From: an uncultured Gemmatimonadales bacterium
GTDB taxonomy: Bacteria; Gemmatimonadota; Gemmatimonadetes; Longimicrobiales; RSA9
DNA: 64,000 bases
Reading direction: 5' to 3'
NCBI GenBank assembly: GCA_963783305.1
Contig: CAWAMW010000007.1
Location: 591,511 to 655,510 of the forward strand
The notes under the pieces were generated by a model, which was not told where the DNA came from, made no database searches, and was given only the letters and a program-made list of their open reading frames with translations. Numbering within the stretch: the stretch's first letter is position 1; every line of letters starts with the position of its first letter. A program made the position numbers and the translations under genes. Of the stretch, positions 9,090 through 17,569 are shown piece after piece.

Positions 9090-9845
9090 ATGGCAAAACA
9101 CCCGACTTCCTCTCGCGTGCACCGGGAGGAAAAAGCCCCGGATGACGCCTTCGTGGCCACCATCAAGCGCGGCTATACCTGGGGACGCGAGAACCGCCGC
9201 ATCCTAGCGGTGGTCCTGGCTATCCTGCTCGTCGCCGCGATCGGCACATTCTGGTTCGTGTCGCAGCAGCGGCAGCTGGAATCCCAGGCCGCCGCCCGGC
9301 TCAACGAGGTCCAGCAGAGCGTCGCCAGTGGCAATCCGCAGCTCGCCATTCGCGACCTCCAGTCCTACCTCGATCGATTCGGCAGCACCAAGACCGCCGA
9401 CCAGGCCCGCCTCGTGCTCGCCAGCATCCTCATCGAGCAGGAGCAGATCCAGGAGGCCATTGCCGCCCTCGGCGATCTCCCGGACGACCTGGACACACCC
9501 TTCGGACTCGCCGCGGCACGCCTCAAGGCGGCCGCCTACGAGGAGGGCGGGGACACCGACCAGGCCGTAAGCACCCACCTCCGAATAGCGGACAGCGCAC
9601 GCTTCCCGTACGAGCGCCGTGAAGCCCTCTCCGATGCGGCACGCCTGCGCATGCAGAACGGCGAGCCCGGACGCGCGGCGGACCTCTACCAGCGCGTCGT
9701 ATCCATGTTCGACGAGGACGCACCGGAACGCGGGTACTACGAGGTCTGGCTCGCGGAGGCCCAGGCCGCCGCCGAAGAGGGCGCGCCCGCTCCCACCCGG
9801 CCCGCAGATACCGCCGCTACCGCCCCAGAAACTCCCGCCAACTGA
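9090..9845 (+). CDS. YfgM-like single-pass membrane TPR protein
   Basis: Short cytoplasmic N-terminus (W.RENRR), one TM helix, then Ala/Leu-rich TPR-like helices (YLDRFGSTKTADQARLVLA). Confidence 0.7.
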   Translation: MAKHPTSSRVHREEKAPDDAFVATIKRGYTWGRENRRILAVVLAILLVAAIGTFWFVSQQRQLESQAAARLNEVQQSVASGNPQLAIRDLQSYLDRFGSTKTADQARLVLASILIEQEQIQEAIAALGDLPDDLDTPFGLAAARLKAAAYEEGGDTDQAVSTHLRIADSARFPYERREALSDAARLRMQNGEPGRAADLYQRVVSMFDEDAPERGYYEVWLAEAQAAAEEGAPAPTRPADTAATAPETPAN

Positions 9846-9899
9846 ACCGGCGACGGTGAGACCTGCGCCCAACCAGGCGCTCATCGGTTTCGGAGCTCG

Positions 9900-9938
9900 A
9901 AAAGAGCCGACCACCCAGCGTGGTCGGCTCTTTTCTTT
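9900..9938 (+). terminator. Intrinsic (probably bidirectional) terminator
   Basis: AAAAGAGCCGACCAC-ccagc-GTGGTCGGCTCTTTT is a perfect 15-bp stem with a T-run on + and an A-run on the other side. It lies between convergent genes. Confidence 0.85.
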
Positions 9939-9951
9939 ACGTACGTCCGGT

Positions 9952-9983
9952 GGGCAGGGGTCCCGGCAGGGGTCCGGGCAGGG
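9952..9983 (+). repeat. KOPS (FtsK-orienting) octamer cluster
   Basis: GGGCAGGG at 9952-9959 and 9976-9983 with a near-match CGGCAGGG between them (12-bp period). All point toward the dif site about 60 bp away. Confidence 0.65.
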
Positions 9984-10041
9984 CTGTGGGCGGCGATCCG
10001 GCATACGATCCGCTCGAGGCCCCGATCCTGTCCCGAACACC

Positions 10042-10069
10042 ACTTCGCATAATAAACATTATGTAAACC
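10042..10069. other. dif site (XerC/XerD chromosome dimer resolution site)
   Basis: ACTTCGCATAA-TAAACA-TTATGTAAACC has the 11-6-11 architecture and closely matches known dif arms. It is an AT-rich intergenic spot in a GC-rich genome. Confidence 0.88.
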
Positions 10070-10105
10070 TGCGGGAGAACTGGCCCCAGTTACAGGCCGT
10101 CGGAA

Positions 10106-10732
10106 CTACGCTCCAGCCCCCCGCTCTACGCCGGCCAGTCCCGCCAGGCGCCTCATCAGCACTTCACGGGTCGCGTCGAGGGCGTCCTCCCGATCGGAGC
10201 GGCGATCGAGCTTCGGAAAGCGGATGGGCTCACCGACCCGAATGCGCACCGCACCGCGTCGGGGTCGGCTCCAGCGCGGCCAGACTTCGTAGGCGCCGCC
10301 GATTCCACACGGCACCACGGGCACGCCGGCTTTGAGGATGAGGCGGACGGTTCCGAGTCGCGGCGGCTGGAGCCGCCCATCCCAGCTACGCTCCCCTTCG
10401 ATGTAGATCCCCACGCCATGGCCGTCCTGGAGGTGCCGCAGCGCGATGCGCACCGCCTGGGGGTCGACCTCGAAGCGGCGGACGGGAAACGACTTGAGGC
10501 GCTTCAGGAGCGGTCCCGTGATCGGGTTCGAGAACTCCGTGCTCTTGGCCATGGTGTACATGGGCCGGCGCACGACCGCCTGAATGAGGATGGGATCGAG
10601 GTAGCTCTGGTGGTTCGCGATCAGGAGGAACGGCCCACTACCGGGGATGTGCTCCAGCCCTTCCACGTGGAGGGATCCCACCACGGGCCAGAACGTACGC
10701 ACGAAGCGCTGGGCGAAGCGATAGAAGCTCAT
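10106..10732 (-). CDS. 1-acyl-sn-glycerol-3-phosphate acyltransferase (PlsC/LPLAT family)
   Basis: Start MSFYRF overlaps the upstream stop (ATGA). Motifs NHQSYLD (HX4D), FPVRR, IYIEGERS and GVPVVP. Confidence 0.88.
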   Translation of the reverse strand: MSFYRFAQRFVRTFWPVVGSLHVEGLEHIPGSGPFLLIANHQSYLDPILIQAVVRRPMYTMAKSTEFSNPITGPLLKRLKSFPVRRFEVDPQAVRIALRHLQDGHGVGIYIEGERSWDGRLQPPRLGTVRLILKAGVPVVPCGIGGAYEVWPRWSRPRRGAVRIRVGEPIRFPKLDRRSDREDALDATREVLMRRLAGLAGVERGAGA

Positions 10733-11328
10733 CGCGCGACGATCCGGGGCTGGAACTCCTGGATCTCTCCCCTGCCCGTCCGCCCGTAGAAATCCCGAAG
10801 CGCGGCCCGAAGGACCCGTTCCCAGAGATAGAGGGCGTCGTCGCGGAAACGGAAGGAGGTGAGGGGTGCGTCGCGTCGCTTCAGCTGCAGGCTCCTGGAG
10901 CTCGTCTGGACGGCCGTGAGCGTCTCCAGAGGCCAATCCTCCGAGCCCGGGCGGTCCCCCCCTTCCCTCTCGACGATCAAGCGATCGGCGGTGAGGCGCA
11001 GCGAGCCCGGCACGGGGTCTCCGAGGACCTCGACGCGGTTGAGGTAACCGGCGTCCCCGGTCACGACGTCATCGCGTACGACTTCGCGGATCTCCGCCCT
11101 GGCGGCGCGGATGGGGTCGGAGGCGAGGAGCGACGCGGGGTCGGGCAGGCGCGCCAGCCATTCGGCTGCGGAGCCCACCTGTTCGGTTCCGTTGGGCTGG
11201 TGCGCAACGATGGTGGCGTGGGCGCCGCGTCGGAAAGCGGTGCCGCACTTCCTGCACGAGTCCCCTTCCAGGAGCGCTCGGTCCTCGCCGCAGAGGGGGC
11301 AGGCCCAGAGGAGGTTGGAGAGGGGCAT
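10729..11328 (-). CDS. Hypothetical protein: zinc ribbon plus possible PH-like domain
   Basis: CPLC...CRKC, C-terminal GSLRLTADRLIV beta strands and a terminal helix. Translationally coupled to the acyltransferase. Confidence 0.65.
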   Translation of the reverse strand: MPLSNLLWACPLCGEDRALLEGDSCRKCGTAFRRGAHATIVAHQPNGTEQVGSAAEWLARLPDPASLLASDPIRAARAEIREVVRDDVVTGDAGYLNRVEVLGDPVPGSLRLTADRLIVEREGGDRPGSEDWPLETLTAVQTSSRSLQLKRRDAPLTSFRFRDDALYLWERVLRAALRDFYGRTGRGEIQEFQPRIVAR

Positions 11329-11332
11329 GGCG

Positions 11333-12064
11333 CTAGAGCCGGCCCACGAGGTCCGTGAACCGCAGTGTCCAGACGCGCCAGACGGCTTCGAAGATGATCC
11401 GGTTGGACATCTTGGACTCGCCCAGGTCCCGGTCCGCGAACACGATGGGGATTTCGCCGAGCGAGAATCCTTTCCGCCACGCGCGGAGGCTCATCTCGAT
11501 CTGGAAGGAGTAGCCTTCGGACCCGACGCGCTCCAGATCGATCCCCTCCAACGCCTTGCGGCGGAAGCACTTGAACCCGCTCGTCGCATCCGACACTGGA
11601 AGTCGGGTGATGACGCGGGCGTACTGGTTGGCGAACCACGACAGCAGCAGCCGGCTCATGGGCCAGTTGATGACGGTGACGCGCCCGTGGAGGTAGCGGG
11701 ATCCCAGGACGACATCGTAGTCCCGGAGCGCATCCAGGAACTCCGGCAGGTGCGAAGGATCGTGGGAGAAGTCGGCGTCCATCTCGAACACGGCGTCATA
11801 GCCGTGGGCGAGAGCCCAGCGAAACCCCTCGATGTAGGCGGTGCCGAGCCCGAGCTTCCCCTCGCGGTGCAGGACGTGGAGGCGGGGCTCGTCCGCGGCG
11901 ATGCGGTCGGCGGTCTCGCCGGTGCCGTCGGGCGAGGCATCGTCGATGATGAGCACATCGAGGCGCTCATCCTGGCCGAGGATGAGGGGCACGAGACGGG
12001 GCAGATTCTCCCGCTCGTTGTAGGTGGGAACGACCACCAGCGCCCGCTCCAGCTTGTACGCCAT
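11333..12064 (-). CDS. Polyprenol monophosphomannose synthase (Dpm1/Ppm1-like GT2)
   Basis: VVPTYNERENL, IDDASPDGT, KLGLGTAY, EMDADFSHDP, DATSGFKCFR, GYSFQIE, GESKMS. Confidence 0.92.
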   Translation of the reverse strand: MAYKLERALVVVPTYNERENLPRLVPLILGQDERLDVLIIDDASPDGTGETADRIAADEPRLHVLHREGKLGLGTAYIEGFRWALAHGYDAVFEMDADFSHDPSHLPEFLDALRDYDVVLGSRYLHGRVTVINWPMSRLLLSWFANQYARVITRLPVSDATSGFKCFRRKALEGIDLERVGSEGYSFQIEMSLRAWRKGFSLGEIPIVFADRDLGESKMSNRIIFEAVWRVWTLRFTDLVGRL

Positions 12065-12070
12065 TCATCC

Positions 12071-12099
12071 TTGAAGTTGGGTGCACCGCCCACTAGGTT
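12071..12099 (+). promoter_or_regulatory. Putative sigma70 promoter for the GT4 operon
   Basis: TTGAAG (12071-76), 17-bp spacer, TAGGTT (12094-99). Confidence 0.4.
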
Positions 12100-12111
12100 G
12101 CGGCGTCCCCG

Positions 12112-12140
12112 AAAGTACCCCCTCGCCGAGCCCCCTTCAA
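12112..12140 (-). promoter_or_regulatory. Putative sigma70 promoter for the Ppm1-like operon
   Basis: Minus strand TTGAAG (12140-35), 17-bp spacer, TACTTT (12117-12). Confidence 0.5.
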
Positions 12141-13370
12141 GTGAAGGTTCTCTACATCGTCACGGCGTACGACCGGCATTCCGGCGATGGCATTACGCCG
12201 TGGCTGGTGGAGACGATCCATCGGCTGCGCCGGGTGGGGGTGGAGGTAGAGGTGCTGGCGCCGGCGTACCGCGGGCTCGGGAGCCAGACGGTGGACGGTG
12301 TGACGGTTCACCGGTTCCGTTACGCCCCCTCCCGGATCGAGAGCCTCACGCACGACCAGACCACACCGGACCGGATCCGAGAGCGCCCTCTCTACCTGGC
12401 GCTCGTTCCCGGCTATCTCGCTTCGGCCGCTCTGACCGCGCGGCGCCTGGCCCGGAGCGGTCGCTTCGACGTGGTCCACGTCCACTGGCCTCTGCCCCAC
12501 GTCCTGCCCGGCTGGGCGGCCCGCGCGGCCGGCCGGATCCCGCTGGTGGTCACCTTCCATGGCGTGGAGCTCACGTTCGCCCGCAGCGCCCCGGTCCCCT
12601 TCCTTCGATCGCTCCTCCGCCGCGCCATCCGGACGGCGGACGCGGTCACCGCCAACTCGACCTACACCGCGGGCCTCATCCATGAGCTCTACGAGCGCCC
12701 CGTGGAGATCATCCCGTTCGGGAGCACGGTGAAGGCCCCCAATGCCCCCGAGGCCCCCGTCCGCCCGCTCCAACCGGGTGCGAGCGCGTCCGAGCGGCCT
12801 TTCCGACTGCTGTTCGTGGGCCGGCTGGTCGAGCGAAAAGGGGTCCACTATCTTCTCGACGCGCTCGGGGCGGTGCGGGAGCGGGTCGAGGTCCGTCTCG
12901 ACGTGGTGGGAGAGGGGTCCATGCGGCGCGCACTGGAGGAGCGGGCGTCCTCGCTGGGCCTTCGGCACCACGTGACCTTCCACGGCTTCGTCTCGGACGA
13001 CGAGCTGGCCGAGCGCTACCGGAGCGCCGACGCTTTCGTTCTCCCCGCCACGTACGACGCCAAGGGCGACGTGGAGGGGCTGGGCGTCGTGCTGATCGAG
13101 GCGGCGGGTTTCGGCCTGCCGCTCATCGGTACGGCCGCTGGGGGCATCCCGGACATCGTGAAGCACGACGAGACCGGACTGCTCGTGCCACCCGGGGACG
13201 TGGAGGCGCTGGCGGAGGCCGTGGAGGCGCTGGCCGTGGACCGTGAGCGGAGCCGCGCCCTGGGGCGGGGAGCGCGGGAGCACGTCGAGCGCTCGTTCTC
13301 ATGGGACCGTATCGTTCAATCGCTGAAGCGCCTGTACCAGGATCTGAAGGGGACGGATGGGACTGACTGA
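12141..13370 (+). CDS. Glycosyltransferase family 4
   Basis: Likely GTG start (MKVLYIVTAY). Motifs DVVHVHW, LLFVGRLVERKG, EGLGVVLIEA (EX7E) and GGIPDIV. Confidence 0.9.
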   Translation: MKVLYIVTAYDRHSGDGITPWLVETIHRLRRVGVEVEVLAPAYRGLGSQTVDGVTVHRFRYAPSRIESLTHDQTTPDRIRERPLYLALVPGYLASAALTARRLARSGRFDVVHVHWPLPHVLPGWAARAAGRIPLVVTFHGVELTFARSAPVPFLRSLLRRAIRTADAVTANSTYTAGLIHELYERPVEIIPFGSTVKAPNAPEAPVRPLQPGASASERPFRLLFVGRLVERKGVHYLLDALGAVRERVEVRLDVVGEGSMRRALEERASSLGLRHHVTFHGFVSDDELAERYRSADAFVLPATYDAKGDVEGLGVVLIEAAGFGLPLIGTAAGGIPDIVKHDETGLLVPPGDVEALAEAVEALAVDRERSRALGRGAREHVERSFSWDRIVQSLKRLYQDLKGTDGTD

Positions 13371-14148
13371 CCAGATCGGGCTGGCGCTCAGGGCGTCACG
13401 CAACGTGCTGCTGGGCGCCAACCTGGCCTCGCTGCCGCTCCTGGCGCGCCCGCGAGAGCTGCTCCGCTACTCCGGCGAGACGCTCTTCCAGCGCCAGCTG
13501 GATCGGGACGGCGGCCTGCCGCGCCGGGCGGTGTTCGACGCGCTGAAGATGCGGACCACCGACGTCCGCCTGGGCAATCTCGACGGCTACACCTGGCTGC
13601 AGGACGAGACGTCGCCGTTCACTATCGACCTGCTCACCCTCTGCCTCTTCTGCCGGGCGCTCGAGCCGCGGACCATCTTCGAGATCGGGACGTTCGTGGG
13701 CTACACATCACTGCATATGGCGCTGAACTCGCCGGCGGAAACCCGCGTGTTCACGCTGGACCTGCCGGCGGCGGACCGCCGCACCTCGCTCCGCACCACG
13801 GCCACCGACCACAAGCTCATCGACCGCGACGTAGGGCCGGCCGTATTCCAGGGTACCGAGGTGGATGGAAGGATCGAGCGCCTGTTCGGCGACAGCGCCA
13901 CTTTCGACTTCTCCCGCTGGCACCGATCCGTGGACCTCTTTTTCGTGGATGGCGCCCACTCCTACGAATACGTGCGCTCGGACACGATGAACGCCCTGGA
14001 GTGCGTACGGCCCGGCGGAGTAGTCGTATGGCACGACTACGGTCGGCTCGAGCAGAGCGGTGTCACCCGCTGGCTCCACGAGTTCTCCCGGGACCACGAG
14101 GTATTCGCCGTTCCGAACGGGTCCATCGCCTACCACTTCGTCCGATGA
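13357..14148 (+). CDS. Class I SAM-dependent methyltransferase (Methyltransf_24-like)
   Basis: IFEIGTFVGYT, GDSA, DLFFVDGAHSYEY, RPGGVVVWHDY. Confidence 0.88.
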   Translation: MGLTDQIGLALRASRNVLLGANLASLPLLARPRELLRYSGETLFQRQLDRDGGLPRRAVFDALKMRTTDVRLGNLDGYTWLQDETSPFTIDLLTLCLFCRALEPRTIFEIGTFVGYTSLHMALNSPAETRVFTLDLPAADRRTSLRTTATDHKLIDRDVGPAVFQGTEVDGRIERLFGDSATFDFSRWHRSVDLFFVDGAHSYEYVRSDTMNALECVRPGGVVVWHDYGRLEQSGVTRWLHEFSRDHEVFAVPNGSIAYHFVR

Positions 14149-16592
14149 CGCGGCGAGACACGGCAGCCGGCAGGACGCCGCCGATCGTGGCTGGGAGCGA
14201 CCACGCGCCGCCCGGGTGGCCCGGCGCGTGGATCGCCACCGCCCTCTACTTCGGTCTTGCGCTGATCTACTTCCTGCCGGCCTTCCTCCCAGGGGCGCAC
14301 ATCTACGGCAGCGACTATCTCGCGGGCGCGTATTTCGCCCACGACTTCATCTCGGAGCGCTTCGCGGCGGGATCGCTGCCGAAGTGGGTGCCGTACCTGT
14401 ATGGAGGACTGCCGCTTTTCTCGAACCCCGGCAGCGCCTTCTACCCGTTCCGGTTTGTGGCGGATGCCCTCTTCCCCACTTCCCGCATCTTCCCCACCCT
14501 CTATGTGATCCAGTTCACGCTGGCGGGCGTGGGCATGTACTTCCTCTCGCGCGAGCTGGGCACCCGACGCTGGGTCGCGCTCGTGGCCGGGCTCGCGTTC
14601 GAGTTCACGGGCCTCACCATGTCCTTCGTGCTGGCGGGGCATGACGGCCGTATCATCGTCGCCACCTTCGCGCCCCTCTTCCTCTTCTTCATCCACCACG
14701 GCGTCCGGACGGGCCGGCTGTCGGCGTTCGCGGGAATGGCCGCGGTCCTCGGCACCTCGCTCCTCTCGTTCCAGATCCAGAGCAACTACTACCTGCTCCT
14801 CGCCGGCGCCGCGTGGGCCGCCTTCGCCCTGGTCCAGCATCGGCGTCGCCTCGGGGGCCGCGCCCTCGCCGTCCGCACCGGCCTCGGACTCGCCGCTGTG
14901 GCCGTTGCCTTCGGAATGGCGGCGGTGAATTTCCTGCCGTTCCGCGATTACGTCGACGCCTCGCCCCGCGGCGGCCCCGGCCGTGGGTACGAGTACGCCA
15001 CGAGCTGGTCCATGCCGCCCGGCGAGATAACGGGGCTCGCGCTGCCGGAGCGGTCGGGAGTGCTGGAGCTATACCAGGGCCAGAACCCGTTCAAGCTCCA
15101 CACGGAGTATGTGGGCGCCGTCGTGATCCTGCTCACGCTCCTCGGGCTCTGGGTCTGTCGGCACGACCGCCGCTGGTGGTTCTTCGCTGGTCTGAGCGTG
15201 TTCGCGCTGTCCATCTCGTTCGGCGGATATACACCCCTGTACCGCCTCTATTACGCCCTGCTGCCAGGGACCGCCCGGTTCCGGGCCCCGTCCATCGCGT
15301 TCTTCCTGGTCTCTACGTCGCTGGCGATCATGGCGGCGCTCACGCTCGAGCAACTGGCAGCGCTGAAAGGCGCCGGGGAGCCGGGGGGGCCCGGAGGCAG
15401 GGCGCCCGACCGAACGCTGGACCGCGTCCCGTGGCTCCTGATGGGCGTTTCGGCGCTGGCGCTGGTCGTGCTGCTGGGATCGGCCGGCGGCGCTGGGGTG
15501 GACGCACGGGGGCAGGCGCTGGCGCAGGGGGCGTTCCGACTGGCGGTGGTGACGTGGCTCGCGGCGGGGGCGCTCTGGCTGTGGCTCAAAGGCTCCATCG
15601 GGCCGCGACTCATCACGGCGACGCTGGCCCTCCTGGTGGTAGGCGACCTCTGGATTGTGGACCGCCGGTTCTTCGAGACGGTGGAGCCGCCGGAGTACAT
15701 GTTCGCGGCGGACGGCGTGGTCGAGACGCTGAAGGCGCAACCGCAGCCGTTCCGGGTCTGGGTCCTCCCCTTCGCGGGCGCGGGTGGGCAGCCGTACCGG
15801 GGCCACGGCAACTACCTGATGCACCACGATATCGAGCAGGCCGGCGGCGAGCACGGCAACCACATCCAGCGCTGGGGCGAGTTCGTGGGCGCCGGCGAGC
15901 AGACGTACGTGGACTGGTCCAACTTCATCGGTGACCTCCAGCGCCTGGTGGAAGCGCCACCGGGTGCCGCACCGTCCGCCCACTTCCTGTCCGCCGCCAA
16001 CGTTCGTTACATCGTCAGCATGGTTCGACTCCCGGGGCTCCGCGAAATCTACAGTGGTCCGGAGGCTCTCATCTACGAGGTGCCGGGGGCGCTCCCCCGC
16101 GCCTGGCTCGCCGGAAGCGCCGTCATCGCGGAGAGCACCGACGAGGTGCTGCGCCTGTTCGAGAGCCCCGAGTTCGATCCTGCCACCACCGTGGTGCTCC
16201 CGGAGGCCCTGCCGGAGCCGCTGCCCGCACCCCCACGCGCCGGCCTCGACTCCGCCTCCGCAGACGCCGGAACCGCCCAGGTGGTCGAGCACGACCCGGA
16301 CCGCGTGCGCGTCCGCACCGCCGCCGTCCGCCGATCCATGCTCGTCCTCGCCGACAACTACTATCCGGGGTGGGAAGCCGCCGTGGACGGAGCGCCCGCG
16401 CCGATCCACCGGGTGGACCACACGCTGCGCGGCGTACTCGTGCCGGCCGGGAGCCACGACGTCGTGTTCGAGTTCCGGCCGCCCAGCCTCCGTCGTGGCC
16501 TTTGGGTGTCACTCCTTTCGACGCTCCTCGTGCTCGTGGCCGCCACAGCCCCTGCCGCCCTGCCACGGCTTCGACGGCGGGAAGCGGAGTGA
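14145..16592 (+). CDS. YfhO-family multi-pass membrane protein (GT-C-type glycosyltransferase)
   Basis: ATG overlaps the upstream stop. LPKWVPYLYGGLP motif, many TM helices, FRAPS, C-terminal LVLADNYYPGWEAAVDG...LRGVLVPAGSHDVVFEFRP and a final TM helix. Confidence 0.85.
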   Translation: MTRRDTAAGRTPPIVAGSDHAPPGWPGAWIATALYFGLALIYFLPAFLPGAHIYGSDYLAGAYFAHDFISERFAAGSLPKWVPYLYGGLPLFSNPGSAFYPFRFVADALFPTSRIFPTLYVIQFTLAGVGMYFLSRELGTRRWVALVAGLAFEFTGLTMSFVLAGHDGRIIVATFAPLFLFFIHHGVRTGRLSAFAGMAAVLGTSLLSFQIQSNYYLLLAGAAWAAFALVQHRRRLGGRALAVRTGLGLAAVAVAFGMAAVNFLPFRDYVDASPRGGPGRGYEYATSWSMPPGEITGLALPERSGVLELYQGQNPFKLHTEYVGAVVILLTLLGLWVCRHDRRWWFFAGLSVFALSISFGGYTPLYRLYYALLPGTARFRAPSIAFFLVSTSLAIMAALTLEQLAALKGAGEPGGPGGRAPDRTLDRVPWLLMGVSALALVVLLGSAGGAGVDARGQALAQGAFRLAVVTWLAAGALWLWLKGSIGPRLITATLALLVVGDLWIVDRRFFETVEPPEYMFAADGVVETLKAQPQPFRVWVLPFAGAGGQPYRGHGNYLMHHDIEQAGGEHGNHIQRWGEFVGAGEQTYVDWSNFIGDLQRLVEAPPGAAPSAHFLSAANVRYIVSMVRLPGLREIYSGPEALIYEVPGALPRAWLAGSAVIAESTDEVLRLFESPEFDPATTVVLPEALPEPLPAPPRAGLDSASADAGTAQVVEHDPDRVRVRTAAVRRSMLVLADNYYPGWEAAVDGAPAPIHRVDHTLRGVLVPAGSHDVVFEFRPPSLRRGLWVSLLSTLLVLVAATAPAALPRLRRREAE

Positions 16593-17569
16593 CCCGAGCC
16601 CGCCCACCGCTCCTGCGGACGGTCCTGGCCACCGTCCTGATCGGGGCCACGCTCGTATTCCTCGGGCTGGCCATCGCCCGAAACTGGACGCAGATCGCCT
16701 CGTTCGAATGGAGCATTCAGCCCTTCGAGCTCGCCCTCAGCGTGCTCATCCTCATTGGGGCCATGGCATGGGGCGTCTTCGTCTGGCACCGGGTCATCGC
16801 CCGCTTCGAGGCCCCAGGGCTCAAACTCCGCGCTCTCCTCTGGATCTGGTTCCTCTCCAACCTCGCCCGGTACGTGCCCGGCAAGATCTGGCAGTTCGTG
16901 GGCGCCGTTCAGCTCGGACGCAGAGCGGGCGTGCCGCCCTCCGTCATCCTCACCTCTCTCGTGATCCACACCGGCCTGACACTCGTTTCCGCGGCGCTCG
17001 TCTCCCTGCTGGCCCTCCCCGTGGTCCTCGAAGAGCTGGGGGCCACCGGCGCGGCGTTCCTGGTGGTGGCGGCGGGGTCCGGGGTGCTCCTGGTTCATCC
17101 GGCGGTGCTCAACCTCGGGCTCCGCTTGATCCCCGACCGGCTGGCCGCGGAAGGCCTCACATGGACCGGGTCCTGGGGCGACGGCATCCGGCTCCTGGCC
17201 CTCTCCACCGTCGCATGGCTCATCTACGGCACGGCCTTCGCCCTGTTCGCCGATTCTCTCGTCGGCATCCCTCTCACCCTCGCCCCCGCCCTCATCGCGG
17301 CCAACGCCCTCGCCTTCCTCGTAGGCTACATGGTGCTGGTCTCCCCCGGCGGCCTCGGCGCACGCGAAGCCGCCCTCGCCCTCATGCTCGGGCCCATCGG
17401 ATCCCTCGGGGTCGCCGCGGTCGTGGCGGTGGCCTTCCGTCTCTGGCTCATCCTCGCGGAGCTGCTGGGGGCCGCTCTCGTGTCGCTGGTGCCCGGCGCG
17501 CGCCCGCCCGACGGTCCGGGCCCGGCCGGGCCCGGCGGTGCCGAAGAAGAGGCGTTCAGCGAAGCCTGA
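16589..17569 (+). CDS. Lysylphosphatidylglycerol synthase TM-domain / UPF0104 flippase-like protein
   Basis: GTG overlaps the YfhO stop. Motifs SNLARYVPGKIW, SPGGLGAREA and AVAFRLW. Multi-pass hydrophobic protein. Confidence 0.8.
   Translation: MTRARPPLLRTVLATVLIGATLVFLGLAIARNWTQIASFEWSIQPFELALSVLILIGAMAWGVFVWHRVIARFEAPGLKLRALLWIWFLSNLARYVPGKIWQFVGAVQLGRRAGVPPSVILTSLVIHTGLTLVSAALVSLLALPVVLEELGATGAAFLVVAAGSGVLLVHPAVLNLGLRLIPDRLAAEGLTWTGSWGDGIRLLALSTVAWLIYGTAFALFADSLVGIPLTLAPALIAANALAFLVGYMVLVSPGGLGAREAALALMLGPIGSLGVAAVVAVAFRLWLILAELLGAALVSLVPGARPPDGPGPAGPGGAEEEAFSEA

Noticed and set aside
9844..9891. Imperfect hairpin after the YfgM-like stop as an ncRNA (e.g. SRP RNA)
   Set aside because: It lacks the SRP domain IV motif or any family signature I recognise and is probably 3' UTR structure.
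9952..9990. G-quadruplex interpretation of the G-runs
   Set aside because: Better explained as KOPS given the exact octamers, their orientation and the adjacent dif.
14001..14144. Upstream start for the YfhO-like gene
   Set aside because: It lies inside the methyltransferase. The ATG at 14145 overlapping that stop is more plausible.
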